Source: the human T2T-CHM13v2.0 reference genome, Homo sapiens. From it: DNA of 64,000 nucleotides. The notes under the pieces are model-generated. The model worked only from the letters and a program-made list of their open reading frames with translations, did not search any database and was not told where the DNA came from. The DNA lies in assembly GCF_009914755.1 (NCBI RefSeq), contig NC_060948.1; one strand, given 5' to 3'. Both the position numbers and the translations under genes were made by a program. Below are positions 1-17,400 of this stretch, in pieces (position 1 is the stretch's first letter; each line of letters begins with the position of its first letter).

Positions 1-803
1 TGATATGTATTCTATATGTTTTATATTCTGTTATATATAACTATTTGAAATTATATATAACTGTATTATATTTTATGTAAATATGTAATATAATATATAT
101 AACTATATAATATATTATATATAACTATATATTATGTTATATATACTTTTATAACATAATTTACATAAAATATCATAATATAATATATACTATATTATTT
201 CATATTACATAATATATATTACATATCACCCAATATAAGTAACATACTTAATATTATAATATAGATTATATTATGTTATATTAAATATCATATATATCAT
301 GTATCATATATTCTATAATATATATTATACATTATATAATATGTATGTTGTCTATTATGTGATATATATAACTATATATATAAATATATTATTATACATA
401 TAACTGCATAAACATGTAATTCTACATATTTTCATTTATAATATATAGAAATATATAATCATATATAATTATTTATATTCTATAAAAAATTATATCATTA
501 TATAAATTATAATATATAAAAATTAAAATATGTACTACAAATATATATATTATATATCATATATGATATAGTACCTTTGTTATATATCATAATACATATA
601 AATGTGTATTATGTTATCTATAATTATATAGTTTCATATATAAGATGTATAATATGTATTATTTATTATATATGTTATGTAATATATATAGTATATATAA
701 GCTGACACAGGATAAACATTATATACTATGACATATAAAATATATGAGGTTATATGTTACATATAAGGCATAGCACATAACATGTAATATATATCATATA
801 TAA
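1..803. repeat. AT-rich degenerate simple-repeat portion of DYZ2 unit
   Basis: (TA)n/(TATAA)n-like low-complexity sequence, reproduced with high identity from 2416 onward. Confidence 0.9.
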
Positions 804-1095
<292 letters not shown>

Positions 1096-1660
1096 AGATC
1101 CATATTTTGTAAATGAAAAAAAATTTCAAAGGTACTCTGCTTGGTACAATAATCAAATGTATAAACTGAGGAATAAAACATAACCATGAAACCTACTTAT
1201 AACTGCATATGGAAAATACAGAGGATAATTTTTTAAATAACATATTTTGAAAGCCTTAACTAGTAATTTGAAGAGTTGGCATTTGAAAGGCCAGTATGAA
1301 TATTCCTTCAGAGCAGCAACACAGGTTCCCCATGAGAAAAAGCAAACTCAGGGAAAATGAAACCACAAAGGTTCAATCTCTTCTGACCTTTGAAAGACAC
1401 AGCACAGACAGTGGTCCTTAGGACGAAGAGCAGGAGACCCCTAATTCCGTCACCATGGCGATAGGGCATAAACATTGCTGGGTGAGGGCACAGTCCACAT
1501 TGTGAGGTCCAACTGCTGCCAGGAAGACAGGAGTGCTTTTACATAGACCGAAAGGTCATTGAAGGCTCAGAGTTTTGTTTCAAGAACTGAATCCCAAGCC
1601 CACACGTTATTAGGCTGCGCTTCTTAAAACAAGTTATGAGATGGGAAAAAGGGCACCCAC
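1096..1660. repeat. HSATI-type non-AT-rich segment of DYZ2 unit
   Basis: ~560-bp complex sequence directly after the Alu, repeated at 4801-5370 and 7190-7760. The HSATI name comes from the known DYZ2 composition; ends are approximate. Confidence 0.8.
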
Positions 1661-4800
<3,140 letters not shown>

Positions 4801-5370
4801 AGATCCATATTTTTTAAATGAAAAAAAATTTCAAAGGTACTCTGCTTGGTACAGTAATCAAATCTATAAACTGAGGAATAAAACATAACCGTGAAACATA
4901 CTTATAACTGCATATGGAAAATACAGAGTATTATTTTTTAAAATAACATATTTTGAAAGCCTTAACTAGTAATTTGAAGAGTTTGCATTTGAAAGGCCAG
5001 TATGAATATACCTTCAAAGCAGCAACACAGGTTCCAAATGAGAGCAATCAAACTCAGGGAAAATAAAACCACAAATGTTCACTCTGTTCTGACCTTTGAA
5101 AAACACAGCACAGACAGTGGCACTTAGGACCAAGAGCAGGAGATCCCTAATCCCGTCACCATGGCGATAGGGCATAAACATTGCGGGGTGCGGGCACAAT
5201 GCACATTGTGAGGTCCAATTGCTGCCAGGAAGACAGGAGTGCTTTTACATAGACCGAAAGGTCATTGAAGGCTCAGATTTTCGTTTCAAAAACTGAATCC
5301 CAAGCCCACACGTTATTATGCTGCGCTTCTTAAAACAAGTTATGAGAAGGGAAATAGGGCACCCACAACA
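4801..5370. repeat. HSATI-type segment of DYZ2 unit (copy 2)
   Basis: Paralogous to 1096-1660. Confidence 0.8.
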
Positions 5371-6897
5371 TACGTATATAGTATGTATATAATAATATAC
5401 ACTATCATATATATAATATATATAACCTATGTATAATATTGTTTTACATCCTGCATCTTATATTATATATATTATATGTAATATAATAATTGATAATATA
5501 TAAGTTTATATTTATACAATATGACATATAATATATATTATAGTTTATGACATATATAATATAGATTATATATCATATATAGAATATACTATACGGTTAA
5601 TATACGTATTAAATATATAATATACATTATATATATTATATCTACGTTATATATAACATTAACTATAGATAATATATATATTATATCTAGCTTATATATA
5701 ATATAAAATAACAGATAATTATATATAATTGTATATATAAAATATGACATATAATATATATTATATTTTATGACATATATATCATATATATTATATATTA
5801 TATATAATATGTTGTATGTATAATACATATATTATATATATATTATAAGTCTAAATTATTAATTATATGTAATATATGTTATATATTACATATTTTACAT
5901 TTCATACACATGTTACATACAATATATACTATGTTACATGTTACCTAGAATTTATTATATATAATATAATGTATGTCATATATTATATATACTTTATAGT
6001 ATGCAATATGTGGAATGTGATATATATAACATGTAATATATGATATATGATATACGATATATGATATATAATATACAATATATGATACATTTTATATACG
6101 GTATACAATATATATTTTATGATATATATTATATATGTTTTATATTATATTATACATAACCATTTAATTATATATAACTCTATAATATTGTAGGTAAATA
6201 TATAATATAATACATATAACCATATATTATGTGATTTATAATTTTATTACGTACATTCAATAATATATCATAATATAATATATATTATATTATATTATTT
6301 TATATTACATAATATATATTATATATCACATAGTATGTGTTACATACATAATATTTAAATATATATTATATTATGATATATTAAATATTATATATATTAT
6401 GTATGCTATACTGTATAATATATATTATATATTATATAATATGCAGGGTGTCTATTATATGATATATATTATAATATATATAATTATATTATACATATAA
6501 CGATATAAATATGTAATTATATTTAACATTATTTATATTACATATAGTTATATAATCATATATAATAATTTATATTATGAAAATAATTATATCATTATAT
6601 AAATTATAGTATATATAAATTATAATATGTGATAAATAATATATATTATATATCATATATGATATAGCATATATGTTATATATCATATTATATATCAATT
6701 TACGTTATGATATCTATAATTATATATTTTCATATATAAGATGTATAATATGAATTATATATTATATATGTTATTAAATATATACTTTATATAAAATGAC
6801 ACAGGATAAATGTTATATATTATGACATATGATATATATGCGGTTATATATTATATATGAAGCATATTACATAACATATAATATATATCATATATAA
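5371..6897. repeat. AT-rich portion of DYZ2 unit
   Basis: Low-complexity TA-rich sequence colinear with the other units but visibly diverged from those at 1-2900. Confidence 0.88.
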
Positions 6898-7189
<292 letters not shown>

Positions 7190-7760
7190 AGATCCATATT
7201 TTTTAAATGAAAAAAAATTTCAAAGTTATTCTGCTTGGTACAATAATCAAATATATAAACTGAGGGTTAAAACATAACCTTGGAACATATTTATAAGTGC
7301 ATATGGATAATACAGAGGATAATTTTTTAAATAACATATTTTGAAAGCATTAACTGGTAATTTGAAGAGTTGGCATTTGAAAGGCCAGTATGAATATACC
7401 TTCAAAGCAGCAACACAGGTTCCCCATGAGAAAAATCAAACTTAGGGAAAATAAAACCACAAAGGTTCAATCTTTTCTGACCTTTGAAAGACACAGCACA
7501 GACAGTGGTCCTTAGGACGAAGAGCAGGAGACTCCTAATTCCGTCACCATGGCGATAGGGCATAAACATTGCTGGGTGAGGGCACAATCCACATTGTGAG
7601 GTCCAACTGCTGCCAGGAAGACAGGAGTGCTTTTACATAGACCCAAAGGTCATTGAAGGCTCAGTGTTTTGTTTCAAAAACTGAATCCCAAGCCCACACG
7701 TTATTATGCTGTGCTTCTTAAAAAAAGTTATGAGATGGGAAATAGGGCACCCACAATTAT
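7190..7760. repeat. HSATI-type segment of DYZ2 unit (copy 3)
   Basis: Paralogous to 1096-1660. Confidence 0.8.
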
Positions 7761-8661
7761 ATCTATACATTATGTATATAATAATATATAGAATCATATA
7801 TATAATATATGTAACATATATATATAATACTGTTTTACATCCTGCAGTTATATTATACATATTATATGTATTATAATAACTGGTAATGTATAAGTATTAT
7901 ATTTATACACTATGACATATAATAATTATATTTTATGCCATATATAATATATATTATATATCATATACCAAATATATTATATGGTTAATATACGTATTAA
8001 ATATATAATATACATTATAAATATTATATCTACGTTATATATAACATTCACTATAGTTAATATATATATTATATCTAGCTTATATATAATATAAAATAAC
8101 ATATAATAATATATAACTGTATATATAACATATGACATATAATATATATTATATTTTATGACATATATATGATATGTATTATATATTATATATAATATGT
8201 TGTAAGTATAATACATGTATTAAATATATATTATATGTCTATGTTATTAATTATATGTAATATATGTAATATATTACATATTTGATATAGAATACACATG
8301 TTACATAGAATATATTCTATGTTACATATAACGTAGAATTTATTATGTGTAATATAATGTATGGCATATATTATAAATTCCTTATAATATACAATATGTG
8401 GAATGTGATATATATAACTTGTAATATATGATATATGATATACAATATATGTTATATAACATACAATATATGATACATAATATATATGGTATAGAATATA
8501 TATTTTATGTTATATATTATATATGTTTTATATTTTATTATATATAAATATTTAAAATTATATATAACTGTATAATGTTATACGTAAATATATAATATAC
8601 TACATATAACCATATATTATGTTATATAAAATTTTATTACATACTTTCCATAATAAATCAT
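7761..8661. repeat. Terminal, truncated AT-rich portion of last DYZ2 unit
   Basis: Colinear with 5371-~6272, then stops abruptly at ...taataaatcata. Confidence 0.88.
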
Positions 8662-11440
8662 ATGGACTCCTTTGGAATGGTCTAGTATGCAATGCAATCG
8701 ACTGGCAGGGAATTAAAAGGAATGCAATCGAATGGATTGCACAGGAATGCAATGGACTCGAATAGATTGGAAACAGAATGCAAAGGAATGGAATGGAATA
8801 GTATGGAATGGAATGGAAAGGAATGGAGTGGAATAGACTAGAGTAGAACGGAATTTACTCGAAAGCAATGGACTGGAATAGAACTTTCTTGAATGGGCTG
8901 GAATCAAACGGAATGGAATGCTGTGCAATCAAATAGAATGAAAGAGAATCAAATCCAATCGAATGGATTGGAAAGGAATTGACTGAAATGGAATGGACTA
9001 GAATGGAAGGCAAAGGAATGGAATCTATAGGAATGGACTGTAATGGAATGGAATGGAAGGGATTGGAATGGAATCGAATGGAATGGACTGCAATAGAAAG
9101 GATTCGAATGGAATGAAAAAGAATTGAATGGAATAGAACAGAATGGAATCAAATCGAATGAAATGGAATGGAATAGAAAGGATTCGAATGGAATGCAATC
9201 GAACGGAATGGAATCGAACGGAATGGAATAAAATGGAAGAAAACTGGCAAGAAATGGAATCGAAATGAATGGAGTGTTATGGAACGGACTCAAAAGGAAT
9301 TGAATGTAATAGAATGGAGTGGAGTGGACTCGAATATAATGGACTGGAATGGAATGAAATCACATGGAATGGGAACGAATGGAATGGAATGGAAAGGAAT
9401 GGAATCGAATGGAAAGGAATCGAATGGAAGGGAATGAAATTGAATCAACAGGAATGGAAGGGAATAGAATAGACGGTAAAGGAATGGACTCGAATAGAAT
9501 GGACACGAATGCTCAAATTGAATGGACTCGAATGGAATGGAAACGAAAGGAATGTCATCGAATGTAATTGAATCGATTGGAATGAAATCGCATAGAATGG
9601 AGTGGAATCAAATGGAATTGAGTCGAAAGCAAAGGAAGCGAATGGACTGAAATGAAATGGAATGGAATGGAATGGAAAGTAATGCAATGGAATAGAATGG
9701 AACGAAATTTCACGGAATGGAATCAAACTGAATGGAATCAAATCAATGGAATCAAATCAAATGGAATGGAAAGGAATTGAATGGAGTAGATGGGATTGGA
9801 TGGGATCGGAATGAAATGTACTGGAAAGAAATCGAATTTCATGAAACGGAATGGAATGAATTGGAACGGAATGGACTCGAATGGAATGGAATGTCATGGA
9901 ATGGCATCAAATGGAATGGCATCAAACGGAATGGAATCGAATGCAATGGAATGCTATGGAATGGAATGGAATGCATTGGAATGGAATGTCCTCTAATGGA
10001 ATGGATTCGAGTGGAATGGAATCGAATATAATGGAGTCGAATGAAATGGAATTGAAAGGAATGGGACCGAATACAATGGAATATACTGGAATGTAATGTA
10101 ATGAACTCGAATGTAATTGACTGCAATGGAATGTACATGAATGGAATGTAATCGAATGGAAAGTAATCGAATGGAATAGAATCTAATGCAATAAAATCGA
10201 CTCAAATAGAATAGAATGTAATGGAATGGAGTGCAGTGCAATGGAATGGAATGGAATGGAATGCAGTGGAATGGAATGGAATGGAATGCAATGGAATGGA
10301 ATGTATTAGAATGTAATGAACTTTAATGGAATGTACTCGAATGGATTCGACTGGAATGGAATGTTCTGGAAGTTTATGGACTCCAATGGAATAGATTCGA
10401 AAGGAATGGAATCGAACGGAATGGAATCTAATGGAATGGAATTAAATGGAAATGAATCAAATTGAATAGCACGGAATTGAATTGAATGGAATAGAATGCA
10501 ATGTAATCTAATGAAACAGAAAGGAAAGGAATGGAATGGAATGGAATGGGCTGGAATGGAATGGAATCGAAACGAATGGAATGGAATCGAACTAAAGAGA
10601 CTGGAATGGAATGCACTGGAATGGAAGGGAGTGTAATGGAAGGTTCTCGAAAAAAATGGAATCGAATGGAATGGAATTGAATGGAACGGAATAGAGTCGA
10701 ATGGAATTGAATGGAATGGAATGGACTAGAGTGAAATGGAATCGAACCACAAGGAATGGACAGGAATAGAATGGTCTCGAATTGAATGGAATCGTATGGA
10801 ATGGCATCAAACGGAATGGAATGGACAGCCACGGAATGGAATGCACTCGAATGCAATGGAGTCGAAACTAATGGACTGGAATAGAATGGACTCGACTGGT
10901 ACGGACTCCAATGGAATGGAATCGAATGGAAGGGAATCGAACGGAATGGACTCGAAGGGAAAAGACTGCAATGGAAAGGTCTCGAATGGAATGGAAATTA
11001 ATGGAATGGAATGGAATCGAATGAAGTGGAGTCAAAAGGAATGGAATCGAATGGCAAGAAATCGAATGTAGTGGAATCGCAAGGAATTGATGTGAACGGA
11101 ACGGAATGGAATGGAATCCAAAGGAATGGAATAGAATGGAATGGAATCAAATGGAAAGGACTCGAATGGAAATCACTCGAATAGAATGCAATTTAATAAA
11201 ATAGGATCAAATGTAATGGAATGGAATGGAAAGGAATCGAAACGAAAGGAATGGAGACAGATGGAATGGAATGGAACAGAGAGCAATGGTATAGAATGGA
11301 ATGGAATCATCTGGAATGGAATTGAATGGAATGCAATAACATGAAATGGAATGGAATGGAATGGAATGCCCTTGAATTAAATGGACTGGAATGGAATGGA
11401 CTCGAACAGAGTGTAATGGAAAGTGTTGAAATAGAATGGA
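8662..11440 (+). repeat. Short, diverged first DYZ1 unit (2779 bp)
   Basis: Landmark spacing is 2779. It lacks ~680 bp present in unit 2 (within 13095-13848) plus several small pentamer-multiple deletions. Confidence 0.88.
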
Positions 11441-14400
11441 ATGGACTCGTTTGGAATGGTCTAGTATGCAATGCAATCGACTGGCAGGGAATCAAAAGGA
11501 ATGTAATCGAATGGATTGGACTGGAATGCAATGGACTCGAATAGATTGGAAACGGAATGCAAAGGAATGGAATGGAATAGTATGGAATGGAATGGAAAGG
11601 AATGGAGTGGAATAGACTAGAGTGGAATGGAATGGACTCAAAAGCAATGGACTGGAATGGAACTTTCTTGAATGGACTGGAATCAAACGGAATGGAATGC
11701 AATGCAATCAAATGGCATGGAATAAAATAGAATGAAAGAGAATCAAATGGAATTGAATCGAATGGAATCGAATGGATTGGAAAGGAATAGAATGGAATGG
11801 AATGGAATTGACTCAAATGGAATGGACTAGAATGGAATGGATTCGAATGGAAGGCAAAGGAATGGAATCTATTGGAATGGACTGTAATGGAATGGAATGG
11901 AAGGGATTGGAATGGACTCGAATGGAATGGACTGCAATAGAAAGGATTCGAATGGAATGAAAAAGAATTGAATGGAATAGAACAGAATGGAATCAAATCG
12001 AATGAAATGGAATGGAATAGAAAGGAATGGAATGAAATGGAATGGAAAGGATTCGAATGGAATGCAATCGAATGGAATGGAATCGAACGGAATGGAATAA
12101 AATGGAAGAAAACTGGCAAGAAATGGAATCGAAATGAATGGAGTGTTATGGAACGGACTCAAAAGGAATTGAATGTAATAGAATTGAGTGGAGTGGACTC
12201 GAATATAATGGACTGGAATGGAATGAAATCACATGGAATGGGAACGAATGGAATGGAATGGAAAGGAATGGAATCGAATGGAAAGGAATGGAATGGAAGG
12301 GAATGAAACTGAATCAACAGGAATGGAAGGGAGTAGAATAGACGGTAATGGAATGGACTCGAATAGAATGGACACGAATGCACAAATTGAATGGACTCGA
12401 ATGGAATGGAAACGAAAGGAATGTCATCGAATGGAATTGAATCGATTGGAATGAAATCGCATAGAATGGAGTGGAATCAAATGGAATTGAATCGAAAGGA
12501 AAGGAAGCGAATGGACTGAAATGGAATGGAATGGAATGGAAAGTAATGCAATGGAATAGAATGGAACGAAATTTCACGGAATGGAATCAAACTGAATGGA
12601 ATCAAATCAATGGAATATAATCAAATGGAATGGAAATGAATTGAATGGAGTAGATTGGATTGGATGGGATTGGAATGAAATGGAATGGAAAGGACTCGAA
12701 TTTCATGAAACGGAATGGAATGAATTGGAACGGAATGGACTCGAATGGAATGGAATGTCATGGAATTGCATCAAATGGAATGGCATCAAAGGGAATGGAA
12801 TCGAATGCAATGGAATGCTATGGAATGGAATGGAATGCATTGGAATGGAATGTCCTCTAATGGAATGGATTCGAGTGGAATGGAATCGAATATAATGGAG
12901 TCGAATGAAATGGAATTGAAAGGAATGGGATCGAATACAATGGAATATACTGGAATGTAATGTAATGAACTCGAATGTAATTGAATGGAATGGAATGTAC
13001 ACGAATGGAATGTAATCGAATGGAAAGTAATCCAATGGAATAGAATCTAATGCAATAAAATCGACTCAAATAGAATAGAATGCAATGGAATGGAGTGCAG
13101 TGCAATGGAATGGAATGGAATGGAATGCAATGGAATGGAATGGAATGGAATGGAATGCAATGGGATGGAATGGTATGGAATGGATAGTAATGGACTGGAG
13201 TGAAATGGACTGGAAAGGAATGGACTCAAATTGAAAGGTCTCGAAAGGAATGGAGTCAAATGGAATGGTCTGGAATGGAATGAACACGAATGTAATGCAA
13301 TCCAATAGAATGGAATCGAATGGCATGGAATATAAAGAAATGGAATCGAAGAGAATGGAAACAAATGGAATGGAATTGAATGGAATGGAATTGAATGGAA
13401 TGGGAAGGAATGGAGTGAAATTGTATGCAGTAGAAGAGAATAGAATGGAATGCAAGCGAAAGGAAAGGAATGGATTGGAATGGAATGGAATTCATTGGAA
13501 TGGAAGGGAATGTAGTGTAATGGACAGGCCTGGAATAAAGTGGAATGCTACGGTCTCGAATGGAATAAAAATGTATGGAATGGAATGCAATGAAACGGAA
13601 TCGAATGTCATAGAATGTAATGGAATGCAAAAAAATGGAATCCAAAATCATTGACTGGAAAGGCTGGGTGTCGAAAGGAATTGACTCCAATGGAATGGAA
13701 TCGAATGGAATGGAAGTGAATAGAATCGAACTAAATCGAATGGAATGGAATTGATAGGAACGGAATGGAAAGGAATGCAATGATTTGGCATGGAATGGAA
13801 TCGAATGGCATCGAATGGAATGGAATGGAATGCAATGGAATGGAATATATTAGAATGTAATGAACTTTAATGGAATGTACTCGAATGGATTCGACTGGAA
13901 TGGAATGTTCTGGAAGTGAATGGACTCCAATGGAATGGATTCGAAAGGAATGGAATCGTACGGAATGGAATCTAATGGAATGGAATTAAATGGAAATGAA
14001 TCAAATTGAATAGCACGGAATTGAATTGAATGGAATGGAATGCAATGGAATCTAATGAAACGGAAAGGAAAGGAATGGCATGGAATGGAATGGGCTGGAA
14101 TGGAAAGGAATCGAAACGAATGGAATGGAATCGAACTGAAGAGACTGGAATGGAATGCACTGGAATGGAAGGGAGTGTAATGGAAGGTTCTCGAAAAAAA
14201 TGGAATCGAATGGAATGGAATTGAATGGAACGGAATAGAGTCGAATGGAATTGAATGGAATGGAATGGACTAGAGTGAAATGGAATCGAACCACAAGGAA
14301 TGGACAGGAATAGAATGGTCTCGAATTGAATGGAATCGTATGGAATGGCATCAAACGGAATGGAATGGACAGCCACGGAATGGAATGCACTCGAATGCAA

Positions 14401-17400
14401 TGGAGTCGAAACTAATGGACTGGAATAGAATGGACTCGACTGGTACGGACTCCAATGGAATGGAATCGAATGCAAGGGAATCGAACGGAATGGACTCGAA
14501 GGGAAAAGACTGCAATGGAAAGGTCTCGAATGGAATGGAAATTAATGGAATGGAATGGAATCGAATGAAATGGAGTCAAAAGGAATGGAATCGAATGGCA
14601 AGAAATCAAATGTAATGGAATCGCAAGGAATTGATGTGAACGGAACGGAATGGAATGGAATCCAAAGGAATGGAATAGAATGGAATGGAATCGAATGGAA
14701 AGGACTCGAATGGAAATCACTCGAATAGAATGCAATTTAATAAAATAGGATCAAATGGAATGGAATGGAATGGAAAGGAATCGAAACGAAAGGAATGGAG
14801 ACAGATGGAATGGAATGGAACAGAGAGCAATGGTATAGAATGGAATGGAATCATCTGGAATGGAATTGAATGGAATGGAATAACATGAAATGGAATGGAA
14901 TGGAATGGAATGCCCTTGAATAAAATGGACTGGAATGGAATGGACTCGAACAGAGTGGAATGGAAAGTGTTGAAATAGAATGGAATGGACTCCTTTGGAA
15001 TGGTCTAGTATGCAATGCAATCGACTGGCAGGGAATCAAAAGGAATGTAATCGAATGGATTGGACTGGAATGCAATGGATTCGAATAGATTGGAAACGGA
15101 ATGCAAAGGAATGGAATGGAATAGTATGGAATGGAATGGAAAGGAATGGAGTGGAATAGACTAGAGTGGAATGGAATGGACTGGAAAGCAATGGACTGGA
15201 ATGGAACTTTCTTGAATGGACTGGAATCAAACGGAATGGAATGCAATGCAATCAAATGGCATGGAATAAAATAGAATGAAAGAGAATCAAACGGAATTGA
15301 ATCGAATGGAATCGAATGGATTGGAAAGGAATAGAATGGAATGGAATGGAATTGACTCAAATGGAATGGACTAGAATGGAATGGATTCGAATGGAAGTCA
15401 AAGGAATGGAATCTATTGGAATGGACTGTAATGGAATGGAATGGAAGGGATTGGAATGGACTCGAATGGAATGGACTGCAATAGAAAGGATTCGAATGGA
15501 ATGAAAAAGAATTGAATGGAATAGAACAGAATGGAATCAAATCGAATGAAATGGAATGGAATAGAAAGGAATGGAATGAAATGGAATGGAAAGGATTCGA
15601 ATGGAATGCAATCGAATGGAATGCAATCGAATGGAATGCAATCGAACGGAATGGAATAAAATGGAAGAAAACTGGCAAGAAATGGAATCGAAATGAATGG
15701 AGTGTTATGGAACGGACTCAAAAGGAATTGAATGTAATAGAATGGAGTGGAGTGGACTCGAATATAATGGACTGGAATGGAATGAAATCACATGGAATGG
15801 GAACGAATGGAATGGAATGGAAAGGAATGGAATCGAATGGAAAGGAATCGAATGGAAGGGAATGAAATTGAATCAACAGGAATGGAAGGGAATAGAATAG
15901 ACGGTAATGGAATGGACTCGAATAGAATGGAAACGAATGCTCAAATTGAATGGACTCGAGTGGAATGGAAACGAAACGAATGTCATCGAATGGAATTGAA
16001 TCGATTGGAATGAAATCGCATAGAATGGACTGGAATCAAATGGAATTGAGTCGAAAGGAAAGGAAGCGAATGGACTGAAATGAAATGGAATGGAATTGAA
16101 TGGAAAGTAATGCAATGGAATAGAATGGAACGAAATTTCACGGAATGGAATCAAACTGAATGGAATCAAATCAATGGAATATAATCAAATGGAATGGAAA
16201 GGAATTGAATGGAGTAGATGGGACTGGATGGGATTGGAATGAAATGTACTGGAAAGGACTCGAATTTCATGAAACGAATGGAATGAATTGGAACGGAATG
16301 GACTCGAATGGAATGGAATGTCATGGAATGGCATCAAATGGAATGGAATCGAATGCAATGGAATGCTATGGAATGGAATGGAATGCATTGGAATGGAATG
16401 TCCTCTAATGGAATGGATTCGAGTGGAATGGAATCGAATATAATGGAGTCGAATGAAATGGAATTGAAAGGAATGGGATCGAATACAATGGAATATACTG
16501 GAATGTAACGTAATGAACTCGAATATAATTGACTGGAATGGAATGTACATGAATGGAATGTAATCGAATGGAAAGTAATCCAATGGAATAGAATCTAATG
16601 CAATAAAATCGACTCAAATAGAATACAATGGAATGGAATGGAGTGCAGTGCAATGGAATGGAAGGGAATGGAATGCAATGGAATGGAATGTAATGGAATG
16701 GAATGGAATGGGATGGAATGGTATGGAATGGATAGTAATGGACTGGAGTGAAATGGACTGGAAAGGAATGGACTCAAATTGAAAGGACTCGAAAGGAATG
16801 CAGTCAAATGGAATGATCTGGAATGGAATGAACACGAATGTAATGCAATCCAATAGAATGGAATCGAATGGGATGGAATATAAAGAAATGGAATCGAAGA
16901 GAATGGAAACAAATGGAATGGAATTGAATGGAATGGAATTGAAAGGAATGAGAATGAATGGAGTGAAATTGTATGCAGTAGAAGAGAATAGAATGGAATG
17001 CAAGCGAAAGGAAAGGAATGGATTGGAATGGAATGGAATTCATTGGAATGGAAGGGAATGTAGTGTAATGGACAGGCCTGGAATAAAGTGGAATGCTACG
17101 GTCTCGAATGGAATAAAAATGTATGGAATGGAATGCAATGAAACGGAATCGAATGTCATAGAATGTAATGGAATGCAAAAAAATGGAATCCAAAATCATT
17201 GACTGGAAAGGCTGGGTGTCGAAAGGAATTGACTCCAATGGAATGGAATCGAATGGAATGGAAGTGAATAGAATCGAACTAAATCGAATGGAATGGAATT
17301 GATAGGAACGGAATGGAAAGGAATGCAATGATTTGGCATGGAATGGAATCGAATGGCATCGAATGGAATGGAATGCAATGCAATGGAATGGAATGTATTA

